A stretch of 56,631 nucleotides of DNA, filler included, from Jimgerdemannia flammicorona (taxonomy: Eukaryota), in assembly GCA_003990765.1 (NCBI GenBank). It is 3 parts of 3 records of this genome, joined end to end, with 100 filler letters (N's around TTAATTAATTAA, not from the genome) between each part and the next. Parts side by side here need not be neighbours in the genome. Positions count along the whole stretch, not along the records: positions 1 to 18,813 come from RBNJ01002107.1; 2 more parts are not named here. One strand, written 5' to 3'. Numbering within the stretch: the stretch's first letter is position 1; the number at the start of each line of letters is the position of its first letter. Both the position numbers and the translations under genes were made by a program. A model generated the notes under the pieces. That model was not told the origin of the DNA and did no database searches. It saw only the letters and a program-made list of their open reading frames with translations. Positions 1 through 12,165 of the stretch are shown here, in pieces.

Positions 1-2548
1 CAACCCGGAAATTTGTGTGAGGTGCTATATAAGTGAGTGACGTTTGAGAGGGGGGCTGCAGAGGCGGGATAAAGGGGGATGCCGAATGAGATAAGGGAGG
101 TTGGGAAGAGGGCCAAAGTTGTATGGATAATATATGCGGAGATAGTGTATCTCGTTGGCTGGCACGTTTTCGATGCACTGTTTAAAAGAATATTGCATAA
201 TGATTAAAAGCATTGTAAATCTCTTTCCTGTGAGGGGTTCTAACAGTTGAGCGCGAAGAGAAATCAATATATTTCAGGCAGGCTTTTATCATTAAGGAGA
301 AGTTAAACTCTTTCGCAATGCGAGCAATACGATAAAATAATGGTTTTATTAATGTTTTTTCATTTATTTTATTTATTAGAAAATGAGTCTTTACAGTGGT
401 ATGCATATCATGTAAATGTTTGTACGCATCGTGAACGTCTGCATCAAATTTCGAAACATGAGATCGACGTCTCGTGACCGTGGCTTTGAAAGTACTTCTT
501 GTGTTTTGTGTCCCGTACCGTTCTACATTTCTCCATTTTGCAGTCCAACTTCGTAATAAGGGCCACAACGATTTGCAATCCCCCAACTGCTAGCCATTCC
601 ATACGAGCTAACCATCTTTGGCGACTATTTGCCATACCCATTAAGGTGCATCGCCACTCAGCCGGTGGCAGTGGCAAGTTGTCGCTCTGCTGCAATCTTC
701 ACCCATACACCAAAGGCAAGTCGCTGCAGCATCGCCGTTATACATCACTCTGCATATAATTTTCTCACAACATTTAATTATTCCCTTGAGACTATTTGCC
801 TCCCCAAGCAAGGCCCATTTTTGCACAGCGAGGTTTTCCGTCGTTTGGGGGCTGAAGAGCACCCACAGTGACAATTTGTCGCTCACAGGTAAATCATTGC
901 CCAGTAGCAGTTCGTTGTCCAGCGGAAATTCGTCACTTTTCGCCATTCCAAGCAAACCTTATCGTGGCGACGTTTGTTCGTCACCCAGCAGTAATGCAGG
1001 CCGTTACCCTTCCCCAAGTCGCTAGTTGTCGCTCTCCTGCAAGTCGTCGCCCAACGGCAAGTCGTCTCCTAGCGGCAGGAGCAGAAACTGGGTAGGGGAG
1101 GATGGTTAAGGTGATGATAGCTGTGGTAGGAAATGTGATTGTGATCGAGTGGGAAAAGAATGAGAATTGACATTCGGATGGAAACGTTTTGGTGCGGTGA
1201 TTCGAATTTTGGAATTGGGGAGAAATATTTGAGTGGTTTCAAATGTGATTAGGTAGCTCATTCCATGCTCCAAATTTATTAATCTAATTTTTTTTTTTTT
1301 GTATTCAACCCAGAACTGACAAAACGCCTGCTTCAGATCTAAAACAAATATACACATATTTTTACCTCCGTCAACATATCCAAGATCAAGGAAGACAAAG
1401 ACAATGTGATATTGTATATCGCTGAAGTTTCAAACGATCCGCAGAAGTGGCATATTTATGGGTATAGATACATTTTGTTAGATGGAGATTATTACTCCAA
1501 ACATGACTAGAAAGATCATCGATTAGTGGTGTTTCGATCGGAGCCTCCTCATCTCATCTCCAACGAACTTGTGGATGTATCAAATGGAATTTGGGACATC
1601 CTCTCCCTTTAAGCAATACTAGTAACAGAGGAGATAGTTTATATGATCAATTGTATTTTATAACCCATTGATTCAAATTGTTGGCTCTACTCAAATGCAC
1701 CAAATAGTGGAGGGTTTGACCTCAACCATCCCGTCCTTTTAATTCCACATGCCCAATTTTGACAAACAATTAACTTTATTCTTAATAAAAAGTATCACCT
1801 AAAAACAACGAGTGTATTGAAATATACAACTTGAGTAAAGAGCAATTTGTAGCTTGTATTTGAATATAGACATCATTAATGGTGATGCCATCATTTTTTA
1901 TGTCACCAATTTGGAATATATCAATAAACATCTCTACCACTTTCATGCTTTTCTCCAGAAAATCTAGTAAAATTCCAACAAAGTATAAGCTGGAGAGTAT
2001 AAAAGCAGAGAACAGTTGATCCCTACAAATTTATTGATAAGCATTCTTCAAAGATATATAGTTAAAGAAATTAATACTCTTCCCTCCCTCCCTCCCACTA
2101 AAAAAAAAAAAAAAAAAAAAAAAAATATTTATATATATATATATAGGTTTCAAGTTAATACTGTAGTCTTAACCTCAATTTACCATACTAGTGAGTATGT
2201 GGAGAGGTTTCTCAAAACAATTTTAAATGCATATAGATATCAAGTTATATACTTTCTATACTCTTGATCAGGCAGAATATTATATGAGGTATATAATTAC
2301 TTTAAAGTCTTAATATAGAAAATAGAATGGAGGAGTGATGTGAGCATAGTCTAATAGACTATAGTTTATATAGCTGGATAAATTAAATCCACAATATGGA
2401 AATATCAAGATTGTTGAGAGGTTATATTCTTATTTGTCAAAGATACTAAATCTAAAAGAAACAAGGTATATTTATGGTTATCTTGAATCTGAAAGAAATG
2501 CAAATTTGTTTAAAATTATGATGATATAAATAAAATTAGATTGGTCAA

Positions 2549-2698
2549 TATTGTGAATAAGTAGAGAGAGAGCTAAGAAGAGTACTTATTTATACATTCA
2601 ATTAGTAATATAATTAAGAGTAATATAGCCACATATAAGCCACATAAGTCACAAATTATTAAGATATAAATAATTTGAATTTTAATACTTCTGCTCAA
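2549..2698 (-). mobile_element. Eroded Ty1/Copia-type 3' LTR plus polypurine tract (relic)
   Basis: Starts tattgtgaat..agagagagag and ends ttttaata followed by cttctgctcaa. This matches the layout of the Copia LTR+PPT at 29054-29217 (tattgtggaat..gagagagaag..tttcaata cttctgctcaa). Confidence 0.5.
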
Positions 2699-2859
2699 TT
2701 AGATAATATATAAATTAGAATATAATAATATAAGATATAATAAACTAAATAATAACTATAAAATAACTCTAAATATTCTAAAAAGATACTATCTATATAT
2801 ACTTAAATATATCTTCATCTTTCTCTGATACAATTCAGATTATACAAACTTCTGATAAT

Positions 2860-4330
2860 ACTTTCAGTATTGTTTTTAGAGAAAAGATACTAATAATATA
2901 GTAACTGATGAGTATTTTGAGGAGTGTGCTAAGCAGGGAGGCTCCAGTATATTTGACTAGCAGAATATAGAGAGGAGTTATGGATTGAGAGAGAGTCTGT
3001 TGGGCACTCTCTCTAGTAGATGAGGAGGTGATTAAGACAGATCTAGCTGACAGAGGTCTAGAAGGATGAGCTTTGCCAATAAGGTCAAGGCTGAGCATCT
3101 GGAAACTAGATTAGAGAGATGGCTACAGAAGGGCAAAGAGAAGGAGGGGGCTGCGGAACCTTATATGAGAGCTCATAGTGGCAGTAAAAGTTGAGCTAAA
3201 GGAAAAGAGAATAGGGAGAGTAGGACTACTGATGGAGGAGAAACTACTAATCTGAAAAAAAATCCAGATATAATAGCTAATAGTGGGGCTGAGCAGGGGG
3301 GGGACCTGAGGTCTAGAGATCTGGTAGGTGGTATAATAGATCTGGTGGTAGTATAATTATTAAGAAATCAGTATCTGAATTTACCATCACATTGTGCTTC
3401 CAGGGCTTAGTAATCACAGTCAAAATAGTTCTAAGGCTTTTGATCTAAAAGGTAAAAGAAGCAGTATTAGTGAAGTTCTTAAAGAGTCTTGAATAAGTGA
3501 AAGTGGGCTTTAAGGAGGAGGAGTTGATGTTGAGAGTATTGAAGAAGGGAGTTGTAGTAGGAGGAGTAGTAATTTCTATAACCTGGTACCTATACTGAAA
3601 CCCACAAGTAGTATAGCTGGTGGTAGCAAATATATCTACAGTAAATAAGGAGGAGGCCAGAAGGTTGATTATTAATGTTATCAAGGAATATAATGATGTA
3701 GTAGGTATTGGATTTAGGGTTTGAGAGAATATCGAGTTCAGAACTAGAGATGTGGATGTTAGAGTGAGACTGGTAGGCAAGGAGAATACTGAAAAAGGAT
3801 GGAATTGGCTGATGATACTTAAGTAGGAGCTAGTGGAGTGCAAGGTCTCAAGAGTGAAAGAGATACCAGAGGAGAAAAAGAATTTGTAGGAGATATTGAA
3901 AGATCTGGCTGGGGTAGTAAAGAAGAGATAGTTGGCTTAGAAGGAGTTCAAGACTAAGATAGTAGTAAAAATTATGAATGACAAGAGAGGGCATCTGGAT
4001 CAGGCAGCCTGAGAGAGAGCACAGATGAGGCAGCTTTAGAAAAAGTTGTTGACAAAGCTGGGCAGAAAGGCAGCAGGAGAGAATACTACTAAAGAAGATA
4101 GATTAAGGGCTAGTACTTGGGCTGAGGAGAAGAAAGTAGTATCTATAGCAGTTCTGGGAGAAGATGGAGGCTTTGGGCAGAGTATAGTGGCTGAGGATGA
4201 GGTGATGATAGAGGAGGTGTAAGTTTAGTATAATGTGTCCTCAGATAGATAGAGACCTGATGAGTTACAGAATGTACTAGAGAAGGTCTGAGATAAGTTA
4301 GTAAGAATAAATACTGAGGGAGGCCCATTC
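2860..4330 (+). mobile_element. Degenerate non-LTR retrotransposon ORF1-like relic
   Basis: Purine-rich, almost CpG-free, stop-riddled frame at ~3450-3845 reading ..LVVANISTVNKEEARRLIINVIKEYNDVVGIGFRV*ENIEFRTRDVDVRVRL.., which resembles an L1/Tx1 ORF1 RRM region. Boundaries approximate. Confidence 0.4.
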
Positions 4331-6166
4331 ATTAATATAGTCAGATTCTTCAAAAGATACTGTACACTATATCTTCCTCTGCTATAGTAACTATTACTAT
4401 ACAAATTCATAATGATATCTTTCATATTCTAGCACCTGACTCATCATTTATATTATAGCCTTACACTAGCAGAGACCTTCTCTCTACTCAGTGAAAGAGA
4501 TTTCAAGTATCTCTAGAATATATATACTGGGAATATAGATTGCAATGATGGGATCCTAGAATGGAAAAAAGTTCATAATACTACTGAGAGATGATACTCT
4601 TGTCAATAGTGGTATCACTAGTTCTGTTCTGCTATAGTAGATGACAAAGTCATCAATCTTTCATCCTTACAAAAGGTTTGAATATCTTCCAGTACTTTAT
4701 ATCTGCCCCTCTGTCTGTCTTCTAGTTGTTAATCCACAAAACATAGTTGATAGAATTGATAATCTATAATATAGTAGAGAAGAAGAATGATATAGATTAA
4801 GTTAGAAATTTCAGAAAGAAGCAGATATGATTATTGAAAAGAGAGAAAAATAATAATACTAAGTCCTGTATAAAAATGGCCCACCCTAACCCTACATACT
4901 ATAATATATCTATAAAGCCTCAACTTCTGATCCAATATAAAAGTCAGCAAAACCCACCTCACTCTTTCAGAACATAACAACAGTATTATTGTTGGTGATA
5001 GAGATTTTGAGCACCTCAATTAAATATCATTGTAGTAGTTGCTCTTTAAATTGACTTTATATATTATATAGTTAAATAGTATAGAAATATGGATAAGAAT
5101 ATAATAAATATAAAATCATATTCTGTCATCTTATCAAAACAAAAATATATAATATATATAATATATACTATCTTAACTTCTCATTTTGTATTCTTTCTTT
5201 CTTTACCTTTTCTCCACTTCTTTCTCTCTCTCTATTCCTTACTGACTCACCCAAGTTTAGCTATAATTAATATATATATATATTTATATATATTAATAAA
5301 TTCTATAAAAATCAAAATATAAATTTATTTATCAACTTTTCTAACTTTTTAATAATAATAATATTAATTTAATTTTTATTATTATTATTAAATTTAGCTA
5401 TATTATATAAAATATATTTTAAAATATTATAATTGACTAAAATAATAACAATATAATATATTTTAATTTTATCTCTTAGAATATTTTATATAACTAATAT
5501 ATTATAAATTAGTTTCAATTTTTTTTTTTTCTATAAGCACTAGGCTCTAAGCACATGGTCTTTATACTATAATAGTAGCCCCAACCCAATCCCACCCTAC
5601 CTTACCTCAATAACACACTCCCTCTTCTCACTCTCTCTCTTTTAAAAACTACCAGATTATTAACTATCTCAATCTGTCTACTATTTCTCTTATATATCAG
5701 AAATCTATAGTAAGGGCTCCACTCAAGCTACCAGCTCAACAGAACATCCACCATCAACCCTTTCCTAGTATCAATTATTGTTATTTATAATTCTTAAATC
5801 TATTATTGTTTTTTTATCTTAAATTTTAATAATTATATATTTTAGATTTTTGAAACTATTTATTAAGAATGAGTATATATATTTAAAATAAATTAAATAT
5901 ATATTAATCATTATTAATATGGAATATTTTCCTGGCACAATTAATAGTAATTTTTATTTATTTTCTTATTCAAAGTGGAGTTCACAAGCGAAAAACTCTC
6001 ATGTATAATCATTTGTCGCCCTAGGTTGCAGAAAAGGAAAAAAGGGTCACAAGGTAAAACAGGTCTGTGACACGTTAATGGAACCCAGCCACCACTGCGG
6101 AATTTATCCCATCATCAACACCACAAACACGACAACCTCCTATCATCTAAAATTTTCATAAAACAT

Positions 6167-9100
6167 ATGTCCGCGTTTGCACCGATGTCCGTCCCCAAGT
6201 TGGATCATTGGGTCGATGGCGTCCCCACTTACTATTCTAACCCGGAGGACTTTTATGACGGCCTCAGCGCCGAAATACCTACATGGACCTCGGAACTGGG
6301 CGACGTGTACTACTGCCGTGAGGCCGCCGGCGCCCGCCAGACCGTTGTTATAAGGAAATACCTGACAAACGAGCAGAATTACGTCCCAAATAACTTTGGA
6401 ATCTCCACGGAGCTAGTCGAAAACGAAATATTCACCATGGCCAAATGCGCATTACATCCTAATATTCTGCGACTGCACAGCATCTATATCTACAATGGCT
6501 ACGTTTTCCTAGTGACGCCGTTCTGCGACGGTGGGACACTGTACCACCATTGCTTGGATAACTGTGTCGCTTTACCGCAAATGGTCTTCATCCTCAAAAG
6601 GGTCAGTATAGCGCTTAGTTCTCCTTGCGATGTCGAGTTGGCATTTGTGCGTGCTACGTGGGGATGTTGGGACTGCATGTAATAGTTAAAGTAATATGTG
6701 GCTCTCCCATCATTCCTATATACAAATATCGCAGCTCGTGTCAGGACTCATGGAAATTCACAAGCACGGCTACATCCATCGCGACATCAAAAGCGAAAAC
6801 GTCTTCCTTGGCAAAGACAACGCCGTCATGCTCGGTAAATACTTTGTCCAATTATGTCATACCGACAGGGTTCGCACATTCTAATCCCCCTCCTCCACCC
6901 CAACTTGCTTTATCTCTGTTCAGGTGGCTTCGGCGTCAGCTCTTTGACGCCTACTGTAGACTCGTCAGTCGAAAAGGCTGGCGTCACATTATTTTGGGCT
7001 CCGGAAATTTGTGAATGCAAGCTCATCGATCTTAAGGTTGATATTTGGGCATTAGGCATTGTAGTTCTCGAGATGCTCAACCACGGCAAGGCCCCCTACG
7101 AAGATGATAACTTGGAAGATGAAGAGGTTTGTTGTTTTCAATTTTACATATCAAAATTTTGCCTTGTTGCAATATATATATCATTGAATTAATTTTATAT
7201 GATTATTATGTTTAATATTAGATTAAGCGAAAAATTATTGAGCAAGGTCGACCACGCTATCCCGAGAATTTGGATAGCCAGCTGGCAGATTTCATGGATC
7301 AATGCTTAGAACGAGATCCTGAGCATCGCTCTTCTGCCAGCGATCTGCTTAAAGTATGTCATTTCCATTCTTTACAATGACATTCCCATTTATTATATTT
7401 CAGCAACGATTCCAAAGCCGTAATAGGTATATGACACTGACACTGACACATTCTCTCTGTTTTCCTTCATTCTGCTTGATAATCAACCTAGCATTCCCTT
7501 TTTTCTGCCTATGCCGAAGAGCCCCTATTTCCGCCACGACCTCGTCAACAACCTTCCTCGCAGTCGGAAACGTTGACCGCCCACACCTCCGAATTGCCTT
7601 CCCCCCATGGGGAAGCGTCGACTGGCAACACCTCCTCCACGCTATCCCCCACCGCCCTATCGGACATCAATGGAATGCCCGGTGTATTCAACGAATCTCT
7701 CACCCGAGAGGCGTCACCGCCGTCGTCCACGGACCACAGCTCCGCTAAGATTTGGCTCAAATATGCTGACTACGCATTCAATGTTTCTAGCCAGGAGCAG
7801 ATTGGTGAATTTGCAGGTATGTGATTTTATAATTATAGTGGTGACTTATAGTTAATAGGTGCACTTCATTGGCAACATTCTTTTTAGTTAGCACGGTGGG
7901 CATTTCTCGTAATTATTTAAGAATGCAAAAATTATCTTTAAAAATGTGATTCGTACATATATTCAAAATCTTCATGAGGATCTTTGTTGTAGACATAATT
8001 TGCACCAAAATGGAGCTAACTGTTATCCTCACTTTAAAATCAGATAAAAGAGCCAGTGATATAAAAATATTTGAACTGATCGAATCCCTGAAGAATAACA
8101 CAACCCTGACAACGCTGAATCTCAGAGGTATGTTAGAAGTATGTGAACTGGTTTTGGCTTCTGTGTGCTGATTCTAACTTGTATAAATGTGTTTGATCCA
8201 CCGTCTTCTGTTCATCTTCAGCCAAAAATATTGGAGCTGATGGAGCATGTGAACTTGCCGAGTCTCTGAAACAGAACATAACTTTGACAACACTGAAGAT
8301 CAATTGTACGTATGACCAGTGACAACTGGTGCTTTCGGTTGCGCGATGAGCTCCAACTCATCACCGTTCCTCAAACCGTTGTTATATTTCAGCCAACATG
8401 ATAGGTGGTAGGGGAGCGCGTGCGCTGGCCGGGTCGCTGAAGCAAAACTGGACTCTGACCACGTTAGAACTCGCTTGTATGTTGTAATTGTATGAACTGT
8501 TGATTGCAGCTGCTTGATGAAAACCAGTTTCACAATCTTTGCATTTTTTCATTCACCTTCTTTCCATTATCAGGCAACAACATTGGCTTTGAAGGAGCAC
8601 TCGTCCTGGCCGAGTCTATGAAGACGAATACGACCCTGACCAAGCTTAATCTCGAATGTATGTTTGAACTGTATGAAAAATTGTTTGCAGCTGTTCCATG
8701 CATTCCCGTTTACAATCTCTTTATTTTTTGAGCATCTATCCTCTCTTCATTTTAGCCAATAACATCAGCATAAAGGGAGCATGTGCACTGGCGGAATCTC
8801 TGAAAGAAAACATGGCCCTTTCTAAGCTGAATCTAAATCGTATGTTATAAATGTTTTAAACTTCTGTTATTATTTCCTTGATAAGTTTTAGCTGACATTA
8901 TATTGTTAACTAATCTATCTCCTATATATCAGGCAATAAAATCGGTGATATAGGTGTTCAAGCCCTGGCCAAGTCCCTGGAGTCGAGCACGACCCTGACC
9001 ATGCTGTATCTCAAATGTATGTCAAAAATACATGAATTTTGAATATAACTGCATCATGAGTTCCAGCCCATGAAAATGCGATCGTCTATTTTCTGTTTAT

Positions 9101-11549
9101 CTTCAGGCAACAAAATCGGCACTAATGGAGCACGCGCACTGGCCGAGTCACTGAAGAAAAACGCGACTCTGACGGTGCTTATACTTGAATGTATATTCGA
9201 TTTATATGAAAAATTATTTGCAGTTGTTCATGGGTTGCTTTCACAACTTATTTATTCCTGAATATCTACTCTCTGTTCATCTTCAGCCAATGACATCAGT
9301 ATAGAGGGAGCACGCGCACTGGCGGAATCTCTGAAGCAAAATACGACCTTGTCTACGTTGAATCTCAATCGTATGTTAGAACAGTGTGAAATGTTTTTTA
9401 TATAGCTATAATGAGATCTAGCTGATATTGGATGTTTGGTTCATCTATATCTTACTCATCTTCAGACAACAAAATCGGCGATATCGGAGTGGGTTCTTTG
9501 GCCAAGTCACTGAAGTGGTGTACAACCTTGACTAAGCTAAGTCTCAATTGTATGTTAGAACTGTAGAAATTATTTTTTACAGCTGTGTGATATGTTTCAG
9601 TTTAAGATATAAGCATGTTTGCTTACTATCCTTTATTCATCTTTAGGTACCAACGTCAGTGATGTGGGAGCACGTGCACTGGTTGAATCTCTGATACAGA
9701 ACTTTACACTGAAAGAGCTTAATATTTTTGGTATATTAAAATGCAAGACCCATTTTTTGCAAGTATCTAGATCGCGACCCTGTATATTCTCTAATCATTT
9801 CCTTGTTCAATTTTAGGGAACAATATCAGTCGAACGTATGTAAGCTTCCTAGCAGTGGCTCGGCAAAGGAACTTGACCTATCAAGGTATGTTTGAACTAT
9901 GTATCTTCTAAAATTTTCAACCGTGTGGCGGAAAACAGCTTACAATATTTGTGTATTTCCCAGTCCCAAGCCTTTTGCCTCGCACTCTATCTGGCATATC
10001 CTCAAAGTCCGCACAAACCTTTGATCGGATTCAATATATGCTAAAAAAGTTAGATATGAGCATTATGTCAACGCCTAAACTCAAGTTTCCTAATGACGAG
10101 AGCAAGCTCTTGGAGTGTCTGGACAAGCTACAATTGGTTGAACTTGCAGCTTTCATGGTTTGGATACCTTACAACCAATTTACCCTGATGGAAAAGTTGG
10201 GCGAAGGGGGATTTGCCACTGTACACAAAGCTGTAGTAAACAGTGGTCCGAACTACGGAAAATCGGTTGCGTTGAAAATTTTAAAAGATAGCATCATAGT
10301 AATAGATCAACTGCGTAATGAGGTAGGTAATTATCCGGCCAGAGTTGCAAAGTTAAATATTTACAATTAATTTATATTGCAATCGCTTGATTTGTTGAAA
10401 ATAGCTATTAGTCAACATTTATCTCCAGCTTTGCAACAAAAGCCGTAGAGTAGCAATGCCTGCAATCATAGGATTATCAATGGAGAATTCAACCAGCCAT
10501 TATATTATTATAATGGAATATGCAGCTGGTGGTAACCTTACCCAACTTCTTGAGAATTCCCCACCGAATTCCTGGTTGAAAGTGTTGCGGATTGCGACAG
10601 AGATCACTCGCAGATTGCAACTGATTCATGAAGCAGGATTGATACACAATGATTTGCACCCAGGAAACATTGTGTTTCTCGGTACAGACGAGGCTAATCC
10701 CATTATCATTGATGTTGGCATAAGCAATACTCCGGAACATTTGGGTCAACGTGGTGGTTACATCTATGGACGGATTGAGTATCTCCCACCGGAAGCGTTC
10801 GTATTCAAGGAGGCTATTAGAACTTGCACGCAAAAATCTGACATATACTGCCTTGGAACACTTTTGTGGCAACTTACTGCAAGGCACTGCCCTCGTAGAA
10901 ATGCAATGCATCCTCCCGATGCCGCCCCCGTTGGATTGCGCGAAAAACCCATCCCTGGCACGCCACCCGAATATTCAGATATCTACAAGAGATGCTGGAA
11001 CCATAACCCCGAGATGCGACCGGCCATCGACAATGTGTTGGATAATCTTTATAGTATAGAGTTAAACCTTGCCAATGCAGATTGGCTGGACAACATCCCT
11101 GAGGCCTTGGCCCATTTCGAAAAAATCAAAGCCGAGATGGGCTCTGGAGTGTCCGAGTTCATGTTCGTTGAAGGATCCAGCAGTCGGTATCACACAACGT
11201 CTCAATTGGAAATTAGGCAAGTTTCGTACCCATTTGACATATACAAATATTCAATTTATGTTATTGTGTATGGCCGTTTTTGTTTTCCTGCTAAATCTAA
11301 AATTCTTATATTGGCAGCGGCATAATACTGTCAAGGGTACCAAAAAGCATTCAGCCCTACAGCGCTTCGCACAACAGCACTCCGCACAACAGCACGCTAC
11401 ACAACAGCACGCCGCGCAACAGTGTTCCGCCTAATAACTCTCCGCCCAAAAGTGCTCCACCCAAAAGTACTCTACACAACAGACCTCCCTCCAGCGGCGT
11501 TATACACAATAAAATCCCAACTGGAGATCGAGAGAGATGGAAATTGTGA
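6167..11549 (+). CDS. Multi-exon protein: N-terminal STE20-like pseudokinase, S/P/T linker, 10 RI-like LRRs, C-terminal TKL-type kinase (~1168 aa)
   Basis: Frame-consistent exons: 6167-6601, 6735-6834, 6924-7126, 7222-7353, 7492-7816, 8044-8127, 8222-8305, 8393-8476, 8574-8657, 8756-8839, 8933-9016, 9107-9190, 9287-9370, 9466-9549, 9647-9730, 9817-9885, 9964-10322, 10405(or 10429)-11216, 11318-11549. Kinase 1: HPNI, HRDIKSEN, GGFG, FWAPE, DIWALG. Kinase 2: GEGGFA, VALK, HNDLHPGN, DVG, YLPPE, SDIYCLG. An alternative last donor (GT at 11221) would end the CDS at 11434. Confidence 0.85.
8044..9730 (+). repeat. Tandem exon-intron array: ten 84-nt LRR exons, ~178-bp period
   Basis: Each exon encodes 28 aa (xNxIxxxGAxxLAESLKxNxTLTxLxLx). 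All introns are phase 1 and share gtatgttagaa-like starts and ttcatcttcag-like ends. Confidence 0.92.
11363..11481 (+). repeat. Degenerate 15-bp tandem repeat in last exon
   Basis: cactccgcacaacag / cacgctacacaacag / cacgccgcgcaacag / tgttccgcctaataa / ctctccgcccaaaag / tgctccacccaaaag / tactctacacaacag. Confidence 0.8.
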
Positions 11550-12165
11550 TAAATGGAAGCTGTTGTAAAAATTGGTTTTTTATCAATAGCTTTCGTTAAT
11601 AGGATAGAGTTTAGTTCATTTATATACAACATTAGGAAGTTGTAAATAATTCTATATAAATTAGAAATTATTTATTATAATTATTTTAAAAAAAAAAAAA
11701 AAAAAATTAATATAGTATTAGTTTTGTTTGGTATAATATATTATTTTTCAATAGGTCAATATTTAAAATTAATACAATATTTCCATTTATTTCATTAGAT
11801 ATAATATTATAAAAATACTTAATAGTAATATATATAGAAATAGTATTAATAAGAATTTTTTTTTTTTTTATTAAATGGTAAATATTTATAGTACTAAGTT
11901 AGTATAAGTAATTTATATCTGAATAATCTATAATAAATTATAATACTTTTTATAAAAATTTCACTATTATCTTTTTAAATATATTGTAAAATTAATATTT
12001 ATATATTACTATATTATATAATTAATACTATAAAGATTCTCTATATTTAATAAGATTATAGATATATAAATTTAATATATCTTAAGTTTAATTTAATTTT
12101 TTTTTTTTTTTTACTTTAATATAGAAATAATAAGTTTCAAATTATATTTATAATAATATATATGT

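Noticed and set aside
1..1400. Overlapping short ORFs in CpG-rich DNA
   Set aside because: No recognisable domain or consistent exon chain. It may be part of a gene running off the window, but this cannot be supported.
8044..9730. Regularly spaced repeats resembling a CRISPR array
   Set aside because: The units are spliced LRR exons with GT-AG introns; no cas genes.
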